Shown in pieces: positions 10,072 through 20,422 of a stretch of 64,000 nt of DNA. The stretch covers positions 6,684-70,683 of the forward strand of contig JACAEK010000052.1 of the NCBI GenBank assembly GCA_013388895.1, read 5' to 3'. The notes below the pieces were generated by a model, which was not told where the DNA came from, made no database searches, and saw nothing but the letters and a program-made list of their open reading frames with translations. Origin of the DNA: Candidatus Bathyarchaeota archaeon. GTDB lineage: Archaea > Thermoproteota > Bathyarchaeia > Bathyarchaeales > Bathycorpusculaceae. The position numbers and the translations under genes are program-made. Within the stretch, counting starts at the first letter, position 1. Each line of letters starts with the position of its first letter.

Positions 10072-10701
10072 TCAGAATTTTATTGACTCTTCATTTATTC
10101 CGTCTTTTGTGATTAAAAGGAAGTCTATGCCGTCACCGCTCATGATGTCTCGGCTTATGGCGGATTTTATGGCTCTGATGACTAGGTCTTTGGCTTCTTC
10201 CATAGTCAACTCTTCCTTATACCCTTCTTCTATTACACCCATGGCAATTTCTGTTCCAGAGCCTACGACTGCATATTTGTCGGGTATTACTGAACCGAGA
10301 ATGTCAAGCACGTAAAGCGAAGCACCTTCTTCATCCATGCCACCAACAATTGTTTGAGTAATCAGCGGCGCCAATCGACGGACAAAAAGCAAGTTTGACA
10401 TAAGTTTGGCTGCTGACCTCACAGAAATGGGTCTACCAACATCTAAACTAAACAAGTTCCCATAAGCTTCCACCTCTCTTACAAGAATCTGCATGTCAGA
10501 AACAAGTCCAGCGCACGCTGCACCTATCTTGTCAGTTATTTTGAAGACTTTTTTGCCGCCCTTACTGACTATGAGATAGCCATAAGAAACACGTTTTTCA
10601 GAGGCTAGGATGACGCCGTCTTGGCATACCACGCCGACGGTTGTTGCCCCTGGAACCCAAAGATATTGACCTTGTTGAGCTTGGTTTTCCACCGAATTCA
10701 C
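10072..10701 (-). CDS. psmB: Proteasome beta subunit
   Basis: Propeptide then PGA-TTVGV, AGLVSD, GSG, RDIMSGDG. Confidence 0.95.
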   Translation of the reverse strand: MNSVENQAQQGQYLWVPGATTVGVVCQDGVILASEKRVSYGYLIVSKGGKKVFKITDKIGAACAGLVSDMQILVREVEAYGNLFSLDVGRPISVRSAAKLMSNLLFVRRLAPLITQTIVGGMDEEGASLYVLDILGSVIPDKYAVVGSGTEIAMGVIEEGYKEELTMEEAKDLVIRAIKSAISRDIMSGDGIDFLLITKDGINEESIKF

Positions 10702-10776
10702 CTTTTCTTCGTCATATGCGCAAGCAACCTATTAAACTTAATCATGAACCCTTAATCGTTGTACTGAGAAATTTGG

Positions 10777-11001
10777 TTACTTTTTTGATTGTCTTGTTTT
10801 GTTCTGAAGTCTATTACTGCATTTTTCGCATAAAGCGGTTTTCTCTACTTTTATTAATGGACCACCAACAGTGAGATGGGTCAAACTTTTCGGTGGAAAC
10901 ATTTTGACATCTATATATATGCATCCTAAAGTCTTTCCACAGTTTGCACATTTTAACGGTTCATATTTAGAAGCATTCATACAAGTCATAGTTAAAATCA
11001 A
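10777..11001 (-). CDS. Small zinc-finger protein
   Basis: CANCG and CEKC pairs; fills the intergenic gap. Confidence 0.5.
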   Translation of the reverse strand: MILTMTCMNASKYEPLKCANCGKTLGCIYIDVKMFPPKSLTHLTVGGPLIKVEKTALCEKCSNRLQNKTRQSKK

Positions 11002-11103
11002 TTAGCAGACAATAAATAGCTTTTTCTTTTGCCTTTTTCGCCTGTGGAATACCATAGAGCTAAATTACTTCACAATCTATTAGCTGTTGAAGAGGAAGCA
11101 AAA

Positions 11104-11706
11104 ATGATATGTGTTTACACCAAAATCATTGATGGTGTCTGGTTTGGTGTCGCTTATGAAGGAGAACAGATTTTTGCCACAACATTTGGCTCATCTAGCA
11201 AAGAAAAAACCGTGCAAGGTTTATTGAATAGTCTCCCTTCTAATATTGCTTCGCATCATTCTGAGGCAACTTCGGTTTTCGCTGAACGCGCCGTGGCTTT
11301 TTTGAAGGACATGTACGATGGAAAAGAAGTTTCCAATAACTTTTCCTTGGCGATGAATCACTTATCAAGCTATTTCCAACGAGTCATCAAAATAACGTCT
11401 TTAATTCCGTTGGGTTACGCGTCTTCATACGGCGCGGTTGCCAAAGTGGCTGGAGGAAAACCGAGGGCTGTTGGGCGGGTTATGGCTTTGAATCCGTTTG
11501 CACCGATTGTTCCCTGTCACCGAGTAGTTGGTTCAGACTTCTCTTTGACAGGTTATGGCGGTGGTTTAGACGTGAAACTTGCCTTTCTGAAACGTGAAAA
11601 GAGAGGTTATGCCTCTAAAAGAGAGATATCAGTTCATGGCAAAAAACTGCAAGTTTTTCCAGTTGAATATGTGCTAAACAAGGTGAAAGAGAGAAAAGCT
11701 AACTAG
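11104..11706 (+). CDS. ogt: Methylated-DNA-protein-cysteine methyltransferase
   Basis: SYG, RAVG, NP, PCHRV, GYGGG; start set at ATG 11104. Confidence 0.9.
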   Translation: MICVYTKIIDGVWFGVAYEGEQIFATTFGSSSKEKTVQGLLNSLPSNIASHHSEATSVFAERAVAFLKDMYDGKEVSNNFSLAMNHLSSYFQRVIKITSLIPLGYASSYGAVAKVAGGKPRAVGRVMALNPFAPIVPCHRVVGSDFSLTGYGGGLDVKLAFLKREKRGYASKREISVHGKKLQVFPVEYVLNKVKERKAN

Positions 11707-12462
11707 AAATTATGGCGTTTATGTTTTTCTTGACTTCGTCGATGGTTTTCATTCCTATAACCATTGCATCAACAAAATCCAGTTGAGCGACTGCCCTTAT
11801 GCATCTTCAGTAATTTTTAATCAATGGAGGACTTTGAGCCCCAAGCACTTTCATGGCAATAGTCCCTTTTCCATTATTATGCGCCTGTTTGAGCGCTTGG
11901 AACATTTCCTCCATGGAACCATCTTCAATGGGAATGCCTTCCAGAAATTTTCTTATTATGGATTGAGTTGTCCTACAGCAAATGGCCATGATAACATCTA
12001 ATTCTTCAAATTGTGCAGCTTTCCTAACAACTGCGACGCTGTGTGTAGACAAACCAATTGCTCTAACAGTTCCGTTTGCCTTCAGGTTCTTCATTTCTTT
12101 CAGCACATCGTGACAATCATCTACCCAGTCGGATTTGACAAAGTGCAAAAGATAGATGCCTAGGTAATCTGTTTCAAGTTCCTTACGAGAGCTTTTCAAA
12201 CTTTCATTGGCTTCTTGACCGCTTTTGGCATAAGTCTTTGTAGATATGGCAACCTCTTTTCTCGGCACTTTTTTCAAAGCTGAAGCTATGAGGATGTGTG
12301 CCGTAATCATCAGATGTATCCCAAAAGTTCACCCCCAATTTATAGGATTCTGCCAGAATACATCCACTGTCTCTTGAGCTTATATCAAAAAGAGGTCCAA
12401 AAACCAAGTTTTGACACTCTTAATTCAGTTTTTCCAAGATTCACCACGGGAACTTTGGACAT
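11699..12462 (-). pseudogene. Aldo/keto reductase pseudogene
   Basis: MSKVPVVNLGKTELRVSKLGF, frameshift, GVNFWDTSDDYGTH, frameshift, ISTK..YLLH..IGLSTH..AMKVLG, TGA at 11809-11807, then VDAMVIGMKTIDEVKKN. Confidence 0.85.
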
Positions 12463-12587
12463 CTATCCACCATGCGTTGTTAATCTATAGTTTTCACTTT
12501 TAAACTCTATATGTGCAGACTCGTTCGCCATTTGCAGAATCGTAAATAATAAAAGTAAGATAGTCACACCTCAAAACGGGATGTTTC

Positions 12588-13112
12588 ATGGTTAAAAGAG
12601 GGCTTTTTGTTGGCAGGTTTCAACCTTTTCAACTAGGACACCTTAAAGCAATAAAAGGCATCTTGGCAGAGGTCGACGAGCTCGTTATTGTCATTGGCAG
12701 CGCCCAATACAGCCATAACGTGAATAACCCATTTACTGCTGGCGAACGATTGGTCATGGTGTGCAGGGCTTTGGAAGAAGCAAAAATAAATCATTCGCGG
12801 TTTTGGATCGTGCCGGTGCCTGATGTGCACTTACATATGATGTGGGTTTCCGCTGTTGAAGGGTACACGCCGCATTTTGATGTGGTCTATTCTAACGAGC
12901 CTTTGACACGCCGACTTTTCATGGAAGCGGGATATAAGGTCAAAGCCATTCTGTTTCATGAAAGGAAGCTTTATTCTTCAACAGAAATTCGAGAAAGAAT
13001 GCTGAAGGGCAAGAGTTGGAAGAAACTAGTCCCAAAAAGTGTAGCAGCCTTTATAGAGAAAATAGACGGAATCAATAGGCTTAGAGACTTGAACAAAACT
13101 GACAAAATCTAA
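12588..13112 (+). CDS. nadM: Nicotinamide-nucleotide adenylyltransferase
   Basis: GRFQPF-x-LGH, GSAQ, NPFTAGER, SSTEIRERM. Confidence 0.93.
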   Translation: MVKRGLFVGRFQPFQLGHLKAIKGILAEVDELVIVIGSAQYSHNVNNPFTAGERLVMVCRALEEAKINHSRFWIVPVPDVHLHMMWVSAVEGYTPHFDVVYSNEPLTRRLFMEAGYKVKAILFHERKLYSSTEIRERMLKGKSWKKLVPKSVAAFIEKIDGINRLRDLNKTDKI

Positions 13113-13128
13113 TCGTTTGCCCTTCTGC

Positions 13129-13178
13129 GCTCTCGCTGAAACCCCACCCCCCACCCCCCCTTATAAATAGATTGAATT
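13129..13178 (+). repeat. Intergenic repeated element, copy 1
   Basis: GCTCTC-GCTGA, C-rich run, TTATAAATAGATTGAATT; resembles 37964-38006 and 63407-63451. Confidence 0.65.
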
Positions 13179-13244
13179 TTTCGTTCTACGATTCAATAAT
13201 GATTAAGGTTAATAGCAATGTTGTGTAATGCATAGATGTTCTGA

Positions 13245-13871
13245 GTGGAGCATATATGCATGTTTGAGTTTGGAGATATTAGGCTGAGACCGATCGAGAG
13301 GGAAGATTTGAGAATATTACATGAGTGGGAAAATGATTTTGAAGTAACAATGTACTCGAGAAATATGCCGATTAATTTTGTTAACATGTATCAGTTGGAA
13401 AAGCGATATGAAGAATGGGTGAAAGACGAAAGGGAACAGCACTTTATTGTCGAAATGGTTGATTCGAAAGAAGCCATTGGAATTGCTCGTTTGGAGCGCG
13501 AAGATTGGGCGAACGTGCGAAGCGCAGATGTTGGCACTTACATTGGCAAGAAAGAATTGTGGGGGAAAGGCTATGGGCAGCAAATCACTGTGGCATTGTT
13601 GGAGATAGTCTTTAACCAGTTGAATATGGATCGTTGCGAAGCGTCAAGCGTTGAATATAACGTGCGTGCTCACAAAGTGTTGGAAGCGTGTGGGTTGAGA
13701 AAAGTTGGAGTGGCTAGGCAAAGTGCTTTTGTGAATGGGCGCAAGTGGGATCGTGTTCGTTTCGACATTCTTAGAGAAGAATACTTGAAAATACGTATGG
13801 AGCTGCTGAAAAAAACGTTGAACGACAAACTTGGCACATATATTGAAAAACACTGTACAATTAGAGAATAG
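13245..13871 (+). CDS. GNAT acetyltransferase (RimJ/RimL type)
   Basis: LRPIEREDL, IG-x3-LWGKGYG, N-x-RA..GL motifs. Confidence 0.88.
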   Translation: MEHICMFEFGDIRLRPIEREDLRILHEWENDFEVTMYSRNMPINFVNMYQLEKRYEEWVKDEREQHFIVEMVDSKEAIGIARLEREDWANVRSADVGTYIGKKELWGKGYGQQITVALLEIVFNQLNMDRCEASSVEYNVRAHKVLEACGLRKVGVARQSAFVNGRKWDRVRFDILREEYLKIRMELLKKTLNDKLGTYIEKHCTIRE

Positions 13872-13884
13872 CAAAAAAGAACAG

Positions 13885-14451
13885 CTAACGTTGAGTCGCC
13901 AACAAAGCCATTCGCTCAATAACAAGATTTATCAAAGCAGTTTCCAAACAATCTCCTTTCATAGCCGTTTTGAGCTCCAAATCTGAAATTCCAAAAGCTT
14001 TCTGAATGATTACCTTCTTTTCTTCTGACAAATCAAGAACCACATCATCACGACGCATGTTAGTAAACGTAGAAATTATCTGCAAGTTTGATTTTACTTC
14101 CTTAAGGCTTTCTCCAATTATCAGCACAGCTATTTCTGAAGTGTTCGATGTGATTCCGAGAAATTTCACAGCCTTTCGAATTTGGCGTTGCGCGGAAGCA
14201 TAGAGCATTGTTTCAACGGCTATAGTTTTCGAAATGTTTCCATTGTTCTTGAACGCTGTTAAGGCGTCTAAAGCTGCGAAGTAGAGATGTTGCCAAGAAG
14301 CCACAAGTTTTGCGTCAAAAAACTGAACTTCCGCATTTGAAGTTTTTTCTTTCTGCACTTTTTTCAAAAATTCTCCGATATCTCTAATTTTCACGTTTCC
14401 AAATCCAGCGATCAAAATATGCCTATCAAACTCTGCAACATGTTTCAGCAA
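13885..14451 (-). CDS. cgi121: KEOPS subunit Cgi121
   Basis: HLYFAA, EtmLYASAQRQI-x2-A-x3-G, IERMALL. Confidence 0.88.
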   Translation of the reverse strand: MLKHVAEFDRHILIAGFGNVKIRDIGEFLKKVQKEKTSNAEVQFFDAKLVASWQHLYFAALDALTAFKNNGNISKTIAVETMLYASAQRQIRKAVKFLGITSNTSEIAVLIIGESLKEVKSNLQIISTFTNMRRDDVVLDLSEEKKVIIQKAFGISDLELKTAMKGDCLETALINLVIERMALLATQR

Positions 14452-15047
14452 TTTTCTTCCTCAAAAATCTCTCTCAAGAATTTTTCTAAAAGTTCAGTTG
14501 AGATTCCAGCCTTAACAAGCTTCGCGGTTTCTTTTTCTATCGAATTTTTCTCCTTCTTGCATTTTTTTACGATTTTTCTGACAGTTTCCTTTATTTCCCA
14601 CGGGAAAACCACCCAGCGTCGTGTTTCTTTCTCGTAATAGTCTGGTTTAACAATGCTCCAAGGCTTATAGTAGATCGTGGCGATTCTGGCTTCCTCTGCG
14701 CCTTTTTCGATGATATGTTCTTTAACAAGGTTCAAGCTTTTGCCAGTATCGGCAATTTCGTCCACAATAAGCACTTTTTTGGCAGCAACGTTCATTGAAA
14801 CTGGCTGTGTCAAAATGGGCGCCTCTTTTGTTTCCGCGACCCCCAAGTAGAATTCAGCTTTGACGTTGGCGAGGTTAGCGTTACCCATCAGATCTGATAT
14901 TACTCTGGCTGGAGGCCAACCGCCTCTGGAGACGCCGACGATTATGTCTGGTTTGAAACCGTTATCTCGAATTTTGTCAGCTAGGTTTAGAAGCATGTTA
15001 TAAATTTGGTTCCATGTTGGGACTTCAAATTCGAGTTCAGCATTCAC
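14445..15047 (-). CDS. Purine phosphoribosyltransferase (type I PRTase)
   Basis: VGVSRGG, VLIVDEIADTG, WVVFPWE. Confidence 0.9.
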   Translation of the reverse strand: MNAELEFEVPTWNQIYNMLLNLADKIRDNGFKPDIIVGVSRGGWPPARVISDLMGNANLANVKAEFYLGVAETKEAPILTQPVSMNVAAKKVLIVDEIADTGKSLNLVKEHIIEKGAEEARIATIYYKPWSIVKPDYYEKETRRWVVFPWEIKETVRKIVKKCKKEKNSIEKETAKLVKAGISTELLEKFLREIFEEENC

Positions 15048-15113
15048 ACTTTTTCCTCGCCATAGTAGAAGACTATTGAGACTTTATAAGTCTAAAAAAT
15101 GATGGGTTGGGTT

Positions 15114-16019
15114 TTAGCTTGATGGGGTGGTCGATTTTGGTCTTCTTGCGCCGTAGACTATTATTCCGATGCCTATGAGAGTCCAGCCTAAACCGAAGAA
15201 AATCCATCCGTAGGAATTGTTTAATGCGGCGGTTGCTTGAATATAACTCGCATTTGAAAGAGAGTTATAGTATTCTAGCTGTGCGTTTTCGAAAGCTGTT
15301 CCTTGCTCGTTCCAAGCGGTTAAAGCGCTATTGAAGTAGCTGTCTGCATTTTGAAGATATATACTTGCATTCGAAAAGATGCCTGAAATGTACGCTTGCT
15401 CTCCCAATATTAATTCCATGAAAGCTTTCGTCATGAGGACCTGAGCTTCCGTAACATTAACGAATTCTATGGGCATGCCGCTGCTAATCATCCATCCTAG
15501 TTTATTGTAGAGTTGAAACGCAGTAAAGTGCTCTGCAGACATCACAGCAAAATTGTCTCCACTAATGTACCAGTCTATTGATGGTGTAACGCTTCCATCC
15601 GGAATGTATTCCACGTATACTGCATACGAATGCATCCATGTTTCGGGCGCTTCTGTTGTTGGCGGAGTTACGTTGCCTATGGTGAAGACTCTGACTTCAA
15701 GGGGTTCCATGCGAACATGTGGACTGAATGTGGCGTTATACCATTCGCCCCAGTCAAAGTACACTTTAATCGCTGTGATGTTTATTGGCAAGTTCACTCT
15801 TGGTGGCGGTGGAGGCGTAAGATAATCGTTGTACACGCTTATTGAAATGTTCCACCAAGTTCCAGCTATGTATGCCACGACAGTATCGTCATAGTATGGG
15901 TCTTCTCCAACCATAGCGTTTATCCAACTGAATTGCTGAATACTTGCCGATGTTATATGAATTAAAGAAAGAAGTAAAAGCACTAGTAAAGGAAGTATTA
16001 TTGCCATTTTCTTCTTCAT
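15114..16019 (-). CDS. Secreted, C-terminally membrane-anchored hypothetical protein
   Basis: Signal peptide, several NxS/T sequons, C-terminal TM helix followed by RRPK. Confidence 0.75.
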   Translation of the reverse strand: MKKKMAIILPLLVLLLLSLIHITSASIQQFSWINAMVGEDPYYDDTVVAYIAGTWWNISISVYNDYLTPPPPPRVNLPINITAIKVYFDWGEWYNATFSPHVRMEPLEVRVFTIGNVTPPTTEAPETWMHSYAVYVEYIPDGSVTPSIDWYISGDNFAVMSAEHFTAFQLYNKLGWMISSGMPIEFVNVTEAQVLMTKAFMELILGEQAYISGIFSNASIYLQNADSYFNSALTAWNEQGTAFENAQLEYYNSLSNASYIQATAALNNSYGWIFFGLGWTLIGIGIIVYGARRPKSTTPSS

Positions 16020-16127
16020 TTAAAACCCTCAACTCCTAAGTATTTCTGGTTAAATAGATATAAATCCTTCGCCCAAATATTACAATCCAAAACAGTAAAC
16101 TTGGAGCTTAACTAGAGGAGAAAGGAA

Positions 16128-17048
16128 ATGAAAGAAATAATTGAATGTGTGCCTAATTTTAGCACTTCCAACATGAAGGTTGTTGAGTCGATTCTTAAAG
16201 AAATCAAGGCAACCAAAAATGTTTTTCTCCTCGATCATACTTCTGATAATTATTATAATCGGTTGGTTGTCTCCTTTTTTGGCGACAAAAAATCTGTATT
16301 AGAAGGGGCTTTAAACTCTGCCTATAAAGCCATTGGGCTGATTGACATGCGAACTCACAAGGGGCAACATCCACGGCTAGGAGCTGTCGATGTTGTTCCA
16401 TTTATACCAATAAAAAATGTTAAAATGAAAGATTGCATGGAACTTGCAAAGAAATTCGGACGAACTCTAGCAGAAAAATGTGGTGTGCCAGTTTATCTCT
16501 ACGGCAAAGCGGCAACCAGACCTGAACGTGAAGATTTGGACTGGATACGCAAAGGCGAATACGAGAAGCTGGCTGAACTAATTGCGAAGCCTGAACGTAA
16601 ACCAGATTTTGGTCCAGTAAAACCACATGAAACGGCCGGCGCAACGATAACTGGAGCACGGGAGGTTACGGCTGGTTTTAACGTTAATCTAGGCACTTCA
16701 GATCTGAACATTGCAAAGAAGATTGCGAAGGCTCTTCATTGTAAAAAGGGTGGATTTTCGAATGTTAAGGCTATGGCAGCGCTTATTCCAGAGAAAAAAA
16801 TGACGCAGATAGGCATGAGTATAAGCGATTATGAAAAGACGCCTCTCTACCGGGTTTTTGAAATGTTGAAAGCGGAATGTTCGCGCTATAACGTGCCAAT
16901 CTTAGGTTCAGAATTCTGCGGTATGACCCCTTTAAAGGCTCTTATTGACACAGCCACATATTATCTGAAAATCGACAATCTAACTGAAAACAGAGTCTTA
17001 GAGATGGCCATACAAAACGCCATTGAAAAAGGCGGTGCCCTTGAGTAA
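16128..17048 (+). CDS. ftcD: Glutamate formiminotransferase
   Basis: IECVPNFS, HPRLGAVDVVPF, PVYLY, IRKGEYE, PDFG, GAR. Confidence 0.93.
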   Translation: MKEIIECVPNFSTSNMKVVESILKEIKATKNVFLLDHTSDNYYNRLVVSFFGDKKSVLEGALNSAYKAIGLIDMRTHKGQHPRLGAVDVVPFIPIKNVKMKDCMELAKKFGRTLAEKCGVPVYLYGKAATRPEREDLDWIRKGEYEKLAELIAKPERKPDFGPVKPHETAGATITGAREVTAGFNVNLGTSDLNIAKKIAKALHCKKGGFSNVKAMAALIPEKKMTQIGMSISDYEKTPLYRVFEMLKAECSRYNVPILGSEFCGMTPLKALIDTATYYLKIDNLTENRVLEMAIQNAIEKGGALE

Positions 17049-18360
17049 AACTGGCAAGTCGCGGGCAAGAGAAAAAGTAGACTTACTTATTTTCAACACT
17101 GAAGAACTCATCACTTTGGCAGGTGATAACCAGAAACCGCGCGTAGGCAAACAAATGCGTGAGCTTGGAATAATACGCAACGGTGGTCTGGCGATAAAGG
17201 AAGGCAAAATAGTTGCAGTTGGAAAGACTCCGGATATCACAAAGACGTATAAAGCTGAAAACATGATAAGTGCCAATGGCAAAATTGTTCTGCCCGGGTT
17301 TGTTGACCCTCATACACATCTTGTTTTTGCTGGTTCGCGGGAAGACGAGTTTCAGATGCGGGTTGAAGGCGTCTATTATATGGTGATTCTTAGCTCTGGC
17401 GGCGGTATACTTAAAACTGTTCGAGAAACAAGAAAAGCAAGTTTCGAAAAGCTCGTGGACTTAAGTCTCAAAAGGTTGGACGTCATGTTAGAGCACGGAA
17501 CAACTACAGCAGAAGCAAAAAGCGGTTATGGCTTAACAACCAGAGACGAGTTGAAAATTCTAGAGGTCATGAAGCGTTTAGATCAGTTGCATGCTGTTGA
17601 CATTGTTCCAACTTTCTTGGGTGCTCACGCTATTCCACCCGAGTTTCAGAACAACCCTGCAGACTATGTTAAGCTAGTTATTGAAGATATGATTCCGAAA
17701 ACTGCAGAGAAGGGGCTTGCCAAGTATTGTGATGTTTTCTGCGAGAGAGGAGTCTTCAATTTAGAGCAAACTAGACGTATTCTAGTTGCTGGCAAAAACT
17801 ACGGCTTGAAACCCAAGGTTCACGCTGACGAGATGAGTCAGCTAGGCAGTGCGGAACTTGCCGCAGAAATAGGCGCTGCTTCTGCCGAGCATCTGCTTTT
17901 TTCTTCTGATGAAGGCGTCAAAGCCATGGCTAAAAGAGGTGTGATAGCTGTTCTGCTTCCTGTAGCGGCTTTCAGCCTAATGGGAGGACGATACGCAGAT
18001 GCTAGAAAAATGATTGATTTTGGCGTTCCAATAGCATTGGGTACAGATTTCAATCCGAGTTGCTGGGTGGAGAATCAACAGTTAGTCATAGCTTTTGCCT
18101 GTCACTTTATGCGGTTGACTCCTGCTGAGGCTATAACTGCAGTCACTATAAATGCTGCTCACGCTGTAGACAGAGCAAACGAAATTGGCAGTTTAGAAAT
18201 TGGTAAAAAGGCCGACGTTATTGTCTTAGACGTGCCAAACCACAAGTTTCTGGGATATCGGTTTGGCGTGAATTTAGTGGATAAGGTTGTCAAAAATGGG
18301 AGATTGGTTGTGGATAGAGAAAAACAAAGTGAAACTGTGTTTTTACGTGAACCAGATTAA
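17041..18360 (+). CDS. hutI: Imidazolonepropionase
   Basis: PGFVDPHTH, GGGI, EAKSGYG, GAH, HADE, TDFNP. Confidence 0.95.
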   Translation: MSKTGKSRAREKVDLLIFNTEELITLAGDNQKPRVGKQMRELGIIRNGGLAIKEGKIVAVGKTPDITKTYKAENMISANGKIVLPGFVDPHTHLVFAGSREDEFQMRVEGVYYMVILSSGGGILKTVRETRKASFEKLVDLSLKRLDVMLEHGTTTAEAKSGYGLTTRDELKILEVMKRLDQLHAVDIVPTFLGAHAIPPEFQNNPADYVKLVIEDMIPKTAEKGLAKYCDVFCERGVFNLEQTRRILVAGKNYGLKPKVHADEMSQLGSAELAAEIGAASAEHLLFSSDEGVKAMAKRGVIAVLLPVAAFSLMGGRYADARKMIDFGVPIALGTDFNPSCWVENQQLVIAFACHFMRLTPAEAITAVTINAAHAVDRANEIGSLEIGKKADVIVLDVPNHKFLGYRFGVNLVDKVVKNGRLVVDREKQSETVFLREPD

Positions 18361-18614
18361 GAGGTGCTTTGCTGTATCTTGGGTTTCATTGTTCTTCTTG
18401 CGAAGGTGAAGATTAGCCATACTATTATGCCGTAGATTACTCCGTTAAAAATCGCTGACGTCAATGTTCTCAATATGACTCCATTCCACATTTCTGCTGG
18501 GATTCCAATGGCATCGCTGATTGCATTGCCTAGAGGCAATTCTGGATAAGCGAAGGTTGCAGCTAGAAAGATTACAAAGGCTACTAAGAATACTATTGCT
18601 CCTTCTCCTTTCAT
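18357..18614 (-). CDS. Small two-TM membrane protein
   Basis: Two hydrophobic segments; GAGG RBS upstream. Confidence 0.65.
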   Translation of the reverse strand: MKGEGAIVFLVAFVIFLAATFAYPELPLGNAISDAIGIPAEMWNGVILRTLTSAIFNGVIYGIIVWLIFTFARRTMKPKIQQSTS

Positions 18615-18710
18615 GTTTTTTCCTCTTTTGCTTAGCCCTATGATAACTGCTTCCTAATAAATCTGATGCTGATGGTAAAGAATTATAATGGGTTTCTGCA
18701 TTCTGGGTCT

Positions 18711-20378
18711 ATGGTGAAAGTCGTCTTGTTGAAGAAACCAATCAGATGTTTAACCGGACCAGAACTGCATTGTAAGAATTGGCAGATCGAAGGCATCCTA
18801 CGCATGCTTTCTAATGTTGTTGATCCGGAAGTGGCCAAAGATCCTGAGAGGCTTATTGTTTACGGTGGAACTGGTAAAGCCGCGCGAAACTGGGAGTGTT
18901 TTAAGGGTATTGTTGAAACTTTAACTGGACTTGAGTCCGACGAGACCATGCTTATTCAAAGCGGCAAGCCCGTGGCTGTTTTCACGACGCATAAGTGGGC
19001 ACCCCGCGCTTTGATAGTAAATGCGATGCTTGTGCCTAAATGGGCTACTTGGGACTATTTCTATGAGTTGGAACAAAAAGGCTTAATCATGTTTGGGCAG
19101 ATGACTGCTGGTTCATGGGCATACGTTGGCACGCAGGGAATTCTGCAAGGTACCTACGAGACGCTTGCGGCTGTGGCAAAGGAACATTTCGGTGGTTCTC
19201 TACGTGGGAAACTTGTTTTATCTGCTGGTCTAGGCGAGATGGGTGGCGCCCAACCTTTAGCTGTTACTATGAATGAAGGCGTCGCTTTGGTAGTGGAGAT
19301 TGACAAGTGGGCTATCGAGCGAAGACTTAAGCATGAGTATCTAGAGATGTGGACTGACAACTTGGATGAAGCAGTAAAACTAGCCTTGGAAGCTAAAAGA
19401 GACGGTGAGCCTCGCAGTATTGGTTTGTTAGGCAACGCCGCCGAAGTTCATCCTCAACTCTTGCAAAAAGGCGTAATCCCAGATGTTTTGACCGATCAGA
19501 CTTCCGCCCATGATCCGTTAAATGGGTATTATCCAGTTGGCTTTTCTAAGAAAGAAGCAGATGAACTCAGAAAAAATGACCCACAAAAATATCTGCATAA
19601 TGCATGTGAAAGTATGTATGTGCATGTTGAAACTATGGTTAAGATGATGCGCAAAGGCGCTGTTACCTTTGATTATGGCAATAACCTACGCCAACAAGCT
19701 TACAACGCTGGGTTCAAGAATGCTTTTGAGTATCCTGGATTTGTTCTGCGTTATATACGACCTATGTTTTGTGAGGGCAAAGGTCCTTTCCGTTGGACTT
19801 CGCTTGTCGGAAGTGAAGAGGACATTTATACTCTTGATGATGTGATTTTGAAAGAATTCGGCTACAACAAAGAGCTGTGCCGCTGGATACAAAAAGCCAA
19901 GGAACAAGTGAAGTTTCAAGGTTTACCGGCGCGGGTTTGTTGGCTTGGTTTCGGTGAAAGAGCCCGATTTGGCAGAATCATGAATGGTATGGTTGCGGAT
20001 GAAAGGCTCAGTGGTCCAATATGGATTGGAAGAGACCACTTAGACGGTGGAAGCGTTGCATCGCCTAACCGTGAAACAGAAGCAATGAAAGACGGAAGCG
20101 ATGCAGTTGCAGATTGGCCAATTCTTAACGCTTTGATTAACGCTGCTGGTGGAGCCACTTGGGTGAGTGTTCATCACGGCGGAGGCGTAGGCATAGGCTA
20201 CAGCATTCACGCTGGAATGTGCTTGGTGGCGGACGGCTCAAAAGAAGCAAAGAAACGCATAACAACCGTGTTGACAACAGACCCGGGAACAGCTATAGTA
20301 AGACATGCAGATGCGGGCTACGAGAAGGCACAAAAAATAGCAAAACAAAAAGGCGTTAAAATGCCAATGTTGAAATGA
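18711..20378 (+). CDS. hutU: Urocanate hydratase
   Basis: [53 protein letters not shown]. Confidence 0.97.
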   Translation: MVKVVLLKKPIRCLTGPELHCKNWQIEGILRMLSNVVDPEVAKDPERLIVYGGTGKAARNWECFKGIVETLTGLESDETMLIQSGKPVAVFTTHKWAPRALIVNAMLVPKWATWDYFYELEQKGLIMFGQMTAGSWAYVGTQGILQGTYETLAAVAKEHFGGSLRGKLVLSAGLGEMGGAQPLAVTMNEGVALVVEIDKWAIERRLKHEYLEMWTDNLDEAVKLALEAKRDGEPRSIGLLGNAAEVHPQLLQKGVIPDVLTDQTSAHDPLNGYYPVGFSKKEADELRKNDPQKYLHNACESMYVHVETMVKMMRKGAVTFDYGNNLRQQAYNAGFKNAFEYPGFVLRYIRPMFCEGKGPFRWTSLVGSEEDIYTLDDVILKEFGYNKELCRWIQKAKEQVKFQGLPARVCWLGFGERARFGRIMNGMVADERLSGPIWIGRDHLDGGSVASPNRETEAMKDGSDAVADWPILNALINAAGGATWVSVHHGGGVGIGYSIHAGMCLVADGSKEAKKRITTVLTTDPGTAIVRHADAGYEKAQKIAKQKGVKMPMLK

Positions 20379-20422
20379 TCATATTTTTCTATTCTTAATT
20401 CTCAAAAATCGTGGTGAAATAA

